A stretch of 64,000 bases of DNA from NCBI GenBank assembly GCA_963806185.1, contig CAWDXE010000001.1, positions 256,001-320,000 on the forward strand, read 5' to 3'. The DNA comes from an uncultured candidate division Zixibacteria bacterium. Its GTDB lineage: Bacteria; Zixibacteria; MSB-5A5; GN15; FEB-12. The position numbers and the translations under genes are program-made. This document shows positions 53,754 to 62,862 of this stretch, piece by piece; position 1 is the stretch's first letter; every line of letters begins with the position of its first letter. The notes below the pieces were generated by a model, which had not been told where the DNA came from, did not search any database, and saw nothing but the letters and a program-made list of their open reading frames with translations.

Positions 53754-54469
53754 ATGCGTTTCTGGATGAAGTAGATGATCCCCCGGAAATTCTGATTAGC
53801 CTCGAGTTCGACGACCGACTTTGGCGCCTCTGACCCGGACAGCAACCCAATGCGAAACGGCATCGAGTATTCGCCCAATACTCTGATACTTGATTCGATT
53901 TCAGGAAGTGGCCGCCTTCCCCGATACAATTGAAAGACGATCTCATCCGCCGACTCTGAAATCGACCGCATCGCTTCCTTATCCCCGCTCGTCGCCCAAT
54001 CCATCAGCCCCGTGACGCTCAGTCCGTACCGCGCCGCCAGCTTCTCTCTGATATCCTGCATGAACCGGCCGTAGGTCGAGAGCTTTGATGTGGGACAATC
54101 GAAATCGAGCTGGATCCCTGAAACCGTCACGGGATGGCGCTGCCACTGGGCCACACTATGCTCGAAAACACCCACGACCGTTTGCGCGTCCGGCAATTGT
54201 CCGTCCAGCCGATAGACCAGGTACAGTCGGTCGCTCTTGACCGGATGCGGATACAAGCCCAAACGCTCATACGTGGAGGCGCCTTCCTTTGTGATTATGC
54301 GCCCCTGAAAGACATACAATTCGGCACTCGACGGCGCATCTTCAGGAGTTATTCCCGCCCACAGCCAGTACGAAACCGGAATCTCCGCCTTCTCCGTCTC
54401 CCCATAAAGTGAGATTCCAATTATCACGAGCAGCAATAGAGGAATGGCTCTGCCAAATCGACTGTGCAT
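53750..54469 (-). CDS. DUF3142 family protein
   Basis: YWLWAG, GIQLDFDCPTSKL, LSVTGLMDW, DEIVFQLYRGR. Confidence 0.75.
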   Translation of the reverse strand: MHSRFGRAIPLLLLVIIGISLYGETEKAEIPVSYWLWAGITPEDAPSSAELYVFQGRIITKEGASTYERLGLYPHPVKSDRLYLVYRLDGQLPDAQTVVGVFEHSVAQWQRHPVTVSGIQLDFDCPTSKLSTYGRFMQDIREKLAARYGLSVTGLMDWATSGDKEAMRSISESADEIVFQLYRGRRPLPEIESSIRVLGEYSMPFRIGLLSGSEAPKSVVELEANQNFRGIIYFIQKRI

Positions 54470-54700
54470 ACTGGGATTCTCGGTTCCCGGGAAACTCCCC
54501 GCTCTTCTTGATATCGTAACCGGTTTTCCGTCGCCCACCCGGCCTGCTCTCCCAATATCGTAGCTTATTGAATCTACGGACGCAAGCGGTGATTAGGAAC
54601 AGGCGAGTCCCCGGGTTCTTTCCTCGCTGAAGCAGCCTTGACACACTCGCCAAATGTGTATGATTTAGGCCTACTAATCGCAACGAACAACATGACCCTG

Positions 54701-54789
54701 GGCCGGTGGCCTAGGTCTTTCTCTTCTCTTCGGCCGGCCGGTGGCCCGCGTCTATCTCTTCTCTTCGGTGCCCCACGGCTTGCCGTGGG
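54701..54789. repeat. 33-bp imperfect tandem repeat plus REP-like hairpin
   Basis: GGCCGGTGGCC....TCT.TCTCTTCTCTTCGG at 54701 and 54736; CCCACGGC-TT-GCCGTGGG at 54772-54789. Confidence 0.6.
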
Positions 54790-54888
54790 TTCCCCGCATG
54801 CCAACAGGTATGCTCACAATTCTACCGAATTTATAACAATCGGCACATCCCGCTTGCCGGCATAGCAACCTCGCAGCCCACCCAAATC

Positions 54889-55743
54889 TCACAGCTGACT
54901 GGCGCTGAAGGTGTCGCCCTGGCTAATGTCGCCGGATTTGTACCCCTTGACGAACCATCGAACGCGTTGGTCCGACGTACCGTGCGTGAAGGCGTCGGGG
55001 ACGACATACCCTTGCGATTGTCTCATTATCCGGTCGTCGCCAACCGCCCCGGCGGCGTTGATCCCTTCCTCGATATCTCCTTGCTCGAGAAGATTCGCCG
55101 TGCGCTCCGCGTGATGAGCCCAGACACCGGCAAGGAAATCGGCCTGAAGTTCCAGTCGGACTGAGAGACGGTTGTACTCGGTTTCGCTCATGCGGTCTCG
55201 CTCGGCCATTACCTGATCCATGATGCCCATCATATTCTGGACGTGGTGACCGACCTCGTGGGCGATGACGTAGGCCAGGGCGAAGTCGCCGCTCGCACCG
55301 AGTTGAGCCTGCATTTCTTTGAAGAAGCTGAGGTCGATGTAGACTTTTTCGTCGCCCGGGCAATAGAACGGCCCCGAGGAAGCACCGGCGACACCGCAGG
55401 CTGATGATATCTGGTCCGAGAAGAGAACCAGTTTCGGCTCGCGATAGGCCTGACCGCTCTGCTGAAAGACGCGGTTCCAGACATCCTCGGTCTCGGCCAG
55501 AATGACGCCGACAAACTCGCCTTCCTGCTGTTCTTCCGCACTGAGCGGCTGGTTCACGTCGGCGGACGTCTCCATGCCCGGCTGCTGCAGTGATTGCATC
55601 ACCTGATTCGGGTCACCGCCGAGAATCAGGAAGAGAACGGCGATGATGATCCCGCCCACTCCTCCGCCAACCGCCAATTGTTTGCCGCCGATTCCGCGTC
55701 GATCTTCCACGTTATCGCTTGTCCGTCGACCTTGCCATTTCAT
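54889..55743 (-). CDS. Neutral zinc metallopeptidase (YpfJ family)
   Basis: MKWQGRRTSDNVEDRRG, GPFYCP, AHEVGHHVQ, ELQADFLAG, FTHGTSDQR. Confidence 0.92.
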   Translation of the reverse strand: MKWQGRRTSDNVEDRRGIGGKQLAVGGGVGGIIIAVLFLILGGDPNQVMQSLQQPGMETSADVNQPLSAEEQQEGEFVGVILAETEDVWNRVFQQSGQAYREPKLVLFSDQISSACGVAGASSGPFYCPGDEKVYIDLSFFKEMQAQLGASGDFALAYVIAHEVGHHVQNMMGIMDQVMAERDRMSETEYNRLSVRLELQADFLAGVWAHHAERTANLLEQGDIEEGINAAGAVGDDRIMRQSQGYVVPDAFTHGTSDQRVRWFVKGYKSGDISQGDTFSASQL

Positions 55744-55864
55744 GTCTGATTCCTTTCCGGAAGCGGCCGAAGCGGTGAGGAGGCCGCAGATCGCCGTCCC
55801 AGTCCGACCAAGCCGTTTGATGAAAATATCATAATGTGTGGGGGGTGGAATGTCAAATCACTCC

Positions 55865-56084
55865 GTACCCCACCGTCTATGCGGTGGGGTATCTGAAGGT
55901 CAGGATCCACAGAAGATACCCCATCGAAAATCGATTCTGTGCGCGGCAGGTTTCCCGACCTGCCCGTTCGTTCTTTCGAACATAACGGACATTGCCGATG
56001 GAGGCAAGCGACGCGCTCGCAGAACTGCTCCTGATGTCATGCACAATTCGTACTGGGGCAGGCCAGAAGGCCTGCCGCCCACGG
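55865..56084. repeat. REP-like composite repeat, copy 2 (parts at 55865-55917 and 56055-56084)
   Basis: Near-identical to 51810-51862 and identical to 51870-51899, same orientation; extra GGCAGG...CCTGCC hairpin near 55946-55965. Confidence 0.75.
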
Positions 56085-56260
56085 AATGTTGACGACACGT
56101 AGCAAGCGGTGGAGGTGGCGGGAGAATGGCGGGGATATTGAGATGCAATTAGAACTAATCTGTCCGGGTTACATGCAGCTTAGGAGATGCTTCCACGAAA
56201 CGTCGACGACACGTATGCCCGCCACACCAAAATTACCCTGAAGTGACAAGTTCGGGCTTC

Positions 56261-57007
56261 TCAACTAATCTGTATCAAATTGAAGGGCAGCATCGCCCAC
56301 ATTGCCCAAAATGCCCAGAGACAAACCACAATCAATGCCGCCCGGCCCTTGGATACGCCGGCCACGACTGACAAACCCAGCGCCACGAGAATCGCCATCC
56401 AAATACTGAAAATGTCAAGCCGGTCCAGACCTCTGAACAGAGCTGTACTCTGCAACTCGACGGGCAGGAACACCGCTGGTCCTAAATGGACCTGATAACT
56501 CTCTTTGGCGACAATTAGTCCGGCCTTTATCAGTTGCTCTGGGACCGTGACAAGGAACACGAAACTCGTCATCGAAAAGAGCTTGCCGAACGTGGCAGTA
56601 TTGGAACCGATCTGTACTGCAAGCCAGAGGAGCGCAGCCAAGGACAGGACTTTGGCCGCATGAAGCGATGACAAGAGAACGGTGCCCATCGCCAATTGTA
56701 AAGAAGATACTCCGTGGGTTCGCTGAGCCTCGATATTATCAATGCGGCGCGACACTTCCTCAGCACTCAAAGTCGGATCGCTGCTGATACGAGCCTTCAT
56801 ATCCTCCATGCGATAGCGGCTCGTCACCGCCTCATAGCCGACCGAGACTAGCGCACAAACAATGATCGGAATGAGCCATCGACGTGTCCGGGCCAACGTC
56901 TGAAAGGCTTGCCGTGGTGCGGTTAATACGTTGAACATCGTCGTCAGGTAATCGTCGACCGACGTGGCTGTCGGTTCCACCGGCTCAACACTCATTGCAG
57001 GTTCCAT
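56261..57007 (-). CDS. Yip1 family membrane protein
   Basis: VLTAPRQAFQTL...WLIP; LDIFSIW...GLSVVAGVSKGRA. Confidence 0.75.
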   Translation of the reverse strand: MEPAMSVEPVEPTATSVDDYLTTMFNVLTAPRQAFQTLARTRRWLIPIIVCALVSVGYEAVTSRYRMEDMKARISSDPTLSAEEVSRRIDNIEAQRTHGVSSLQLAMGTVLLSSLHAAKVLSLAALLWLAVQIGSNTATFGKLFSMTSFVFLVTVPEQLIKAGLIVAKESYQVHLGPAVFLPVELQSTALFRGLDRLDIFSIWMAILVALGLSVVAGVSKGRAALIVVCLWAFWAMWAMLPFNLIQIS

Positions 57008-57029
57008 TTCCCATCCCTCCATTAGTTCA

Positions 57030-57833
57030 TCAGTACTGAGCGAGTGATCCCGTTCGGCGGGATTGATTGAATCCCGCGCGGACAGCCAACAGGCCTAGCG
57101 GTAATGTTACGAGCGAAATAACTCCGAGTATAGCCAACTGCGGCGCTATCGTGCCTGTCGATGCATTCTTGATGAGAGCCAGGCGAAGCGCGTCAAGCGC
57201 ATAGGTCGTGGGGAGCAGCATCGAGATCGGTTTGAGGTACGCCGGAAGGTATTCGACCGGAAAGAGCACGCCCGAAAACAGAGTGGTTAGAGCGGTGAAT
57301 GCCCACGAAATCGGGTCGCCCACCTTGGTGACGATTATAACTCCGGCGCTCATAAGCCCAATGCCGGAAAGCGACGTGACCGTCAGGACAATCGCCGCCA
57401 GAGCAGCAGGCAGATTGATGTCCATCGGAATGCCGAATACCAGAATGACAACGGTCAAGAGCAAGGCGACATTTAAGAACGCCTGAACGAAATTCATCAA
57501 CCCGGAATAGAGCAGGATAAGCTCCAATCGAGTATTCGATAACAGGAGAAACTCAAGGGTGCCCATCTGCTGTTCTGAACGAATAGTGCTTGAGAATGAG
57601 CTCAGCGAGACACCGAGGAAACCTGAGAATGCCGTGCCGATAATCAGGTACGCCAACAAGTTCCCGCCATACTGGGACAGTGCCGGGAAGCTGTTGCCAT
57701 CGTTTAAGAATTTCCCCATGAACGTAAACTGGAGCAAACCGACAAAGCTACCGACAATTCCGAGCGCCAGCGCAGTCTTGTAACTAATAAGGGTGATGAA
57801 CCCACGCTTAATGAATAGCCATGCTCGATACAT
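57030..57833 (-). CDS. ABC-2 type exporter permease
   Basis: EQQMGTLEFLLLS, FSGVLFPVEYLP, LPTTYALDALR. Confidence 0.9.
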   Translation of the reverse strand: MYRAWLFIKRGFITLISYKTALALGIVGSFVGLLQFTFMGKFLNDGNSFPALSQYGGNLLAYLIIGTAFSGFLGVSLSSFSSTIRSEQQMGTLEFLLLSNTRLELILLYSGLMNFVQAFLNVALLLTVVILVFGIPMDINLPAALAAIVLTVTSLSGIGLMSAGVIIVTKVGDPISWAFTALTTLFSGVLFPVEYLPAYLKPISMLLPTTYALDALRLALIKNASTGTIAPQLAILGVISLVTLPLGLLAVRAGFNQSRRTGSLAQY

Positions 57834-57837
57834 TGCA

Positions 57838-58776
57838 TCACCCCGCTAACTGAATGAACACGTCTTCAAGCGACGCAGTATAGGTATTGGTGCGAACCAC
57901 TTCCAGACCGGAGGCAGATACCTCAGCCAGCACAGCGGCCATATCGAAGGAGCCGTTGTACGAAATGGTGATTCGATTGCCAGTCGCGGTAAGCGCCTGG
58001 AACGCCGATACCGCGCGTATGCGCTCGACCAACCGGCTCACACGGTTATCACCGGCAACATCACTACCTTCAAAGTCAAACTCGATCCGCTTCTTATTGC
58101 TGAACTTGTGAAAATCCGCCAGTGCACCTACCTTGAGCAGTTTCCCCTCCTTGAGAAAGCCAATGCGGTCAGAAAGGCGTTCTGCTTCGGTCATATCGTG
58201 GGTGGTGAGCAAGATAGTCTTCCCCTGCCGCTTCTGATCGGCCAGAATTTCGCGGATGGTGCGGGCCGACGCCGGGTCGATACCGCTGTTTGGTTCGTCG
58301 AGGAGGAGCACTTTGGGATCGTGCAAGAGGGCCCTGGCCAGTGCCAGACGCTTTTTCATCCCCGTCGAGTAGCGCATATATTGCAGCCGTGCGTCCTTAT
58401 CCAGCCCTACCAAAGCGAGCAAAGTCTGAATTCGCGTTTTAAGTGCGTGCCGGGGGATACTGTACAGACCACCGAAGAACTCAAGATTCTGTGCCCCGGA
58501 GAGACGGTAATAGAAGCTCCGTTCCTCGCCAAGCACCAGGCCGATACAGGCGCGGGCTTGATACTGGTGGGTGTGCATATCGAAACCGCAGACTCTCACG
58601 GTTCTCGACTGAGGGATGATAAGGCCGGAGATGATGCGAAGCAGCGTAGTCTTTCCGGCCCCGTTGGGACCAAGGAGGGTGAATATTTCGCCGCCCCGGA
58701 CATTTAGGCTGATCTCTGCCAGCGCTGGCAGAGATTTCCCGGAGAAGCTATAACCAATGTCGGTCATTGACAGCAT
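57838..58776 (-). CDS. ABC exporter ATP-binding protein
   Basis: GPNGAGKTT, YSTGMKKR, LLLDEP, TTH. Confidence 0.92.
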   Translation of the reverse strand: MLSMTDIGYSFSGKSLPALAEISLNVRGGEIFTLLGPNGAGKTTLLRIISGLIIPQSRTVRVCGFDMHTHQYQARACIGLVLGEERSFYYRLSGAQNLEFFGGLYSIPRHALKTRIQTLLALVGLDKDARLQYMRYSTGMKKRLALARALLHDPKVLLLDEPNSGIDPASARTIREILADQKRQGKTILLTTHDMTEAERLSDRIGFLKEGKLLKVGALADFHKFSNKKRIEFDFEGSDVAGDNRVSRLVERIRAVSAFQALTATGNRITISYNGSFDMAAVLAEVSASGLEVVRTNTYTASLEDVFIQLAG

Positions 58777-58778
58777 GG

Positions 58779-59495
58779 CTATTTTTGCTCCGCGCGCACA
58801 CTCTTTGATGCCCATCTGTGCTGAATGAGAAGATTTGCGACTCCATAGAGAATTGCCGGCGTGAGACACAAGAACAGCGTCAGATTGTCGTTAACGTCTG
58901 TGCGCAAATGGAAGAAGATCAGGGCCGGAAGGACAACAGTGGATCGACAATACACGTACCCAAAGAACACTTCTACCGGAAGAAACTTTGCAATTGCTTC
59001 AGGCGGAATATCCTGCGTCAGAAGTATCGCCAATGCACTCACGATGACGATTGCCAGTTTGCCTACAAAGCTCTGTCCATAGCGCGGCACAAGAACTCCG
59101 ATGAGACCCGCTCGGAGGAACAACTCCTGCGAAACAGCCGAGGTCGCAAGAATGCCCGTCAGTCGCCAATCTGTTGGGAAGCGCTGAACGTCAAAGATCA
59201 AAGCAACCAGAGTGAGCAGGGCGATGGCCAACCATATCGGGCGTTGACCTCGATGACTCACAAAACCGAAGAGGCTGGGGGCGGTATCTCTTTGGTATGC
59301 CAGGATAACCGCACAAAGGAAGAAGAGTGAGTAAACGCCAATCGCCAAGGCCGCGCTGATGTCTTGGTTGCCAAAGATTCCGCCTGATCGGATCAGCCGA
59401 GCCTCACACAGTGAGGCAACGAAAAAGACCATTGCCAAGCCAGCAACAAGTCGTTGGGTCGGCTGCCATGTACTGAGTTTGTTATCCATGTTCAT
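58779..59495 (-). CDS. CPBP/Abi (CAAX protease)-like membrane protein, degenerate
   Basis: SQELFLRAGLI (EExxxR-like), FFGYVYCRS...PALIFFH; multiple TM segments; AGGAG RBS. Confidence 0.55.
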   Translation of the reverse strand: MNMDNKLSTWQPTQRLVAGLAMVFFVASLCEARLIRSGGIFGNQDISAALAIGVYSLFFLCAVILAYQRDTAPSLFGFVSHRGQRPIWLAIALLTLVALIFDVQRFPTDWRLTGILATSAVSQELFLRAGLIGVLVPRYGQSFVGKLAIVIVSALAILLTQDIPPEAIAKFLPVEVFFGYVYCRSTVVLPALIFFHLRTDVNDNLTLFLCLTPAILYGVANLLIQHRWASKSVRAEQK

Positions 59496-59618
59496 GGGAC
59501 TCCTGCGTTGTTCGTAGTGCGCACGGCACAGACGTAGGCAATGATGCCGACCCCGACTGTTTCAATACTCCATTACCGCCGTACAGGTGTTACGTTCAAC
59601 GCTATGCGTGGCGTTCGT

Positions 59619-60305
59619 CTAATGTTCCGCCTGACGAATCAGCCCGGCGAATACAACGTAAATCACGCCCCCCGCGAGAAGCATCTGAATACTAGCTTGA
59701 CTCATCGATGGATTCAACAGTCGCACAGCGTCGCAGGTAAAAGACGCCAAAACACTACCGGTAATCGGGACAAATGATGAACTCAAGCAGTTGGATGCAA
59801 CATCTCCCATTATCGTCGCGTGCGGGTCAGGGTGGACCAGGGCACAAATGCACCCCGTAATAACCACAGAGAGTACAGGGACCGCCGCTCCGTTGCCCCA
59901 TCTTTCAATGATCAACCTCATGCAAAAGGCCCTAAGAATGACTGAGCTCATGAACAGAAGGCACAGTCCAACGATGATATGAGAGCTTGATGAATGCGGC
60001 GATGACTCTTTGCCCACTGAGGAAAGAGCTACTACTGTGATAATAATAGGGATACTGTACCATACTTTTCCCGAAAGAAGAAGACCCCAGTCCGAAGCAC
60101 TACTCTGACGAGCCTTAACAGATCGATACGCATAAACCAGGAGCCCAACAGCCATGAGAACCAATCCCGCCAACAGCACATATTTGATCGCCGCTGAACC
60201 TACTTCGCCTTCTGGTGAAACAAATTGAGCGTGCGTGAAGCGTGCCAGCACGGCGAAGGCGACCATTGCGGCCACCGTCATAACGACAGAGACTCTGGAT
60301 GACAT
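59619..60305 (-). CDS. CPBP/Abi-like membrane protein, degenerate
   Basis: GGGAGG RBS before ATG 60305; DWGL, SSVILRAF, ICALVH, ITGSVLA in CPBP motif order. Confidence 0.5.
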   Translation of the reverse strand: MSSRVSVVMTVAAMVAFAVLARFTHAQFVSPEGEVGSAAIKYVLLAGLVLMAVGLLVYAYRSVKARQSSASDWGLLLSGKVWYSIPIIITVVALSSVGKESSPHSSSSHIIVGLCLLFMSSVILRAFCMRLIIERWGNGAAVPVLSVVITGCICALVHPDPHATIMGDVASNCLSSSFVPITGSVLASFTCDAVRLLNPSMSQASIQMLLAGGVIYVVFAGLIRQAEH

Positions 60306-60335
60306 GAGATCCTCCCGATGATGTTGATTATTGCT

Positions 60336-60364
60336 AACATACTCTGCCTTTGTTATCACGTCAA
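60336..60364 (-). promoter_or_regulatory. sigma70-like internal promoter for the membrane/ABC genes
   Basis: Minus strand TTGACG-17 nt-TATGTT. Confidence 0.5.
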
Positions 60365-60383
60365 GTGTTTCCCCAACGGGACC

Positions 60384-60415
60384 TGCAGGGGAGATGATCA
60401 TGTCACTCCCCTGCA
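60384..60415. terminator. Stem-loop downstream of the precursor peptide genes
   Basis: TGCAGGGGAG-12 nt-CTCCCCTGCA perfect 10-bp stem; no clear U tract. Confidence 0.55.
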
Positions 60416-60462
60416 TCTCTTGCTAGTGGAAAAAGCGGGAGGCGATTTTGCGCCGGGTCCAC

Positions 60463-60585
60463 TCAATCGCAGACAGGGCCGGTCCGTTTCCCTTCACAGT
60501 ATATCTTGCAGTATTGAACGCATAGAAGCACACAAGGCCACAGTCCGAGCTGTGTGTCTTCAATTGGTTCCACAAACCACTTCAT
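60463..60585 (-). CDS. Putative RiPP precursor peptide 3 (40 aa)
   Basis: Hand translation MKWFVEPIEDTQLGLWPCVLLCVQYCKIYCEGKRTGPVCD; GGAAGGA RBS; below the ORF-track cutoff. Confidence 0.8.
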   Translation of the reverse strand: MKWFVEPIEDTQLGLWPCVLLCVQYCKIYCEGKRTGPVCD

Positions 60586-60611
60586 GATGTCATCCTTCCT
60601 AGCTGGCATGA

Positions 60612-60782
60612 TCAAGTCGAATGTACGTTGCAGTACTTCTCACAGCCAACCCCTCCATTCAGAGCCCAGGTGGCGAGGAAGAATACGAAACCCAGCCAGC
60701 CGCACAATATCATGCGATTCGACGGCTGAGTTACCGTTGAGTCTAATTCGTCGGCGCCAGTCGGTTCAACAACCCATTTCAT
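60612..60782 (-). CDS. Putative RiPP precursor peptide 2 (56 aa)
   Basis: MKWVVEPTGADELDSTVTQPSNRMILCGWLGFVFFLATWALNGGVGCEKYCNVHST; GGAGA RBS. Confidence 0.75.
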   Translation of the reverse strand: MKWVVEPTGADELDSTVTQPSNRMILCGWLGFVFFLATWALNGGVGCEKYCNVHST

Positions 60783-60842
60783 AAGTACACTCTCCAATCG
60801 GACTGAATTGATCCTGAATAAGGCGTTCGTTTGTCGCAACTG

Positions 60843-61022
60843 CTATGATATCAGTAGCAATCTGCAGAGCGTGCTCCTGTTTTCGCAGTAAACTGGGCAC
60901 GCTGTTCGGCAATAGCAACTCTTACTGCAGCAGCTGAATACGAAACAAAACATGCTTCCGCTACACCCTTCATCCAGTTCTGAGAACGACTGCAGTACTT
61001 CCGGGGTCACAAGCCATGTCAT
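60843..61022 (-). CDS. Putative RiPP precursor peptide 1 (59 aa, 9 Cys)
   Basis: MTWLVTPEVLQSFSELDEGCSGSMFCFVFSCCSKSCYCRTACPVYCENRSTLCRLLLIS; GGAGG RBS. Confidence 0.8.
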   Translation of the reverse strand: MTWLVTPEVLQSFSELDEGCSGSMFCFVFSCCSKSCYCRTACPVYCENRSTLCRLLLIS

Positions 61023-61098
61023 TGGCACCACCTCCATTCTTTTTACTTTTTACGGACTTCCCACATACTGATTGGCACTCTCGCATGAAGATCTCGAT

Positions 61099-62468
61099 CT
61101 AGATTCGGGAACTCTCCTGCTGGGCGAGGCGCTTCAGTTCCAACATACTTGGAAGATTGTGGCGAAAGGATGTACACACGTTCTTGTGTGCGTCTTCCAG
61201 TTCATCAGAGTACAAGGACTTGTATGGGCACCCCCCCATGCACGAGGGCAGAAATGCACATTGCTCACAGCCCATGGGCTGTCCGAAAGCGGTCCATCCC
61301 ACCCATTTCACGTAGTTGTCGGTGAGAGCGATGCCGTCAGGTGTACATGTGCCCACCCGTTTATCTTGCTGGCCTACACTATTCCAACAAGTTTGCACAT
61401 CGCCGTTTGGTTCGATGACATATGATCCTTGTCTGACCGCGGAACATGGGCTGAGAATCCGCGACGGATAGTCCACTTCGGTGAAGCCATTTGCGAATGC
61501 TGCTCTGTAACCCTTCACTAAAAACCGGGCAAACTCCGGCGTATTCATACAACTCGAGCTTCCGCTCAAGCACGAACCGCCAAACTGAAGAACCTGTCCG
61601 AAGCCAATCGAAAAGTTCTTTCGTCGGTGCCAGCCCAGTTCTCTGAGTCGCCAAAAGTAGTCGTCCACGCATGACATGTTCCGCCGATCAACGTTCATTC
61701 GCAAGGAGATGTTGAGCAGTTCCTCATCTGCGATACGCATCAGATTCTCGACTATCTTGTCATAAGTTCCAGCGCCTGAAGTGAGAGGCCGACGCGCGTC
61801 ATTGATTTGTCGGGGGCCATCCAACGTTACTTGAAGGAATCGAACTTGTACCCTACGGACAAATTCCAACCCCTCTGGGTCAAGAAGGTAGCCATTGGTA
61901 ATCATGCCCGCGGAGTAACGAGCTTTCTTCTCACGGCAAATACGATCAAAATCGGTTGTCAGTCGCTCAATAATTGACCGTGCTAGCATCGGTTCACCGC
62001 CGTACCACGTCACCGACAAACAGCCTCTCTCTTCCACAAGTTTCTCACACAGATTGACGATATGCTGACAAATATCGTCCGGCATGGTTCTGGTCTGGAA
62101 CTCGGAAAGTGATTTCAGCGCAGTGTTCTCATAGCAATAATCACACGCAAAATTGCAGGCATACGTCGGGATAATTGTCAGTCCCAGTCCCTTCTGACCA
62201 AACCTCATGGCGTAGTGCGCCGCTCGAATCGCATCCAATTCATCCACATCGGCGGGGGTGATGAATCCACCCTTTCTTAGGTTCGCTACCAAGTCATCCT
62301 GCCCGTCGCCGTTTGACTTCTCCTCGTTCCATCAACGTCACAATACCGCCGGTAGCTCTCCTCATCCATCTCTGCCAGCCCGCAGGTCATGGCGTTGAAG
62401 GCCAGGCGTTTCCCGTTCTCTAGGTCCACAAAGTGATTGTACCGCGACGCCTTCACACGTTCAGCCAT
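61099..62468 (-). CDS. Radical SAM/SPASM peptide maturase with N-terminal RRE-like domain (one apparent frameshift near 62325)
   Basis: KASRYNHF...AFNAMTCGLAEM / LVANLRKGGFI; CNFACDYC; WYGGEP; SPASM C...C...CEQCAFLPSCMGGC...C; AGGAGG RBS. Confidence 0.9.
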
Positions 62469-62502
62469 AGCTCCGCCCTCCTAACCGGCGACCTTCTCCG
62501 AC

Positions 62503-62586
62503 TTCGTGCGGCCGTCCGAATGGGCATCCGGAGATGGTCTTCCCACAGTCTCCGGACACCCCCGGACGGTTTCGCAACTTCACGAA
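62503..62586 (-). other. Long stem-loop in the 5' leader of the radical SAM gene
   Basis: Nested inverted repeats TTCGTG/CACGAA, CCGTCCG/CGGACGG, GGGCATCCGGAGA/TCTCCGGACACCC. Confidence 0.55.
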
Positions 62587-62626
62587 TCGAAAGATCACCT
62601 GCGTTCAAGTCACGGTCACACAGTAA

Positions 62627-62641
62627 TCAAACGACATGCCG
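62627..62641 (-). promoter_or_regulatory. Possible sigma54 promoter (variant -12)
   Basis: Minus strand CGGCATG-TCGT-TTGA; GA replaces the consensus GC. Confidence 0.45.
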
Positions 62642-62748
62642 ATACGGCCTCCCCGCACGCAGAATCCGCTAACCCGTTACTACGTAGAAACATGGTGCGA
62701 CATTGCTGTCTTTGAGAGGAGTTCGATGACGCCACCATTTCGAGTTTG

Positions 62749-62841
62749 TTTACGAATTTCTCGGGGTGATTCGTAAAGGGGTGATTAACCCGTTGTGGCG
62801 CAAGATGCATGATTTGCGAATTGGTTTACGAATTTCGTAAA
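62749..62841. promoter_or_regulatory. Cluster of TTTACGAA half-sites, probable enhancer (UAS)
   Basis: TTTACGAA-T-TTCGTAAA (62825-62841), TTTACGAAT...ATTCGTAAA (62749-62777), TTTGCGAATT (62813-62822). Confidence 0.6.
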
Positions 62842-62862
62842 AGTGGAGGGGTGAGGGAGATC

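Noticed and set aside
54701..54768. CRISPR array
   Set aside because: Only two imperfect units with a 2-nt gap, no spacers and no cas genes.
62286..62468. 60-aa ORF as a separate peptide or stand-alone RRE
   Set aside because: Adding one A at GGAAC joins it in frame to the rSAM (DGNEEKSNGDGQDDLVANL); probably a homopolymer indel.
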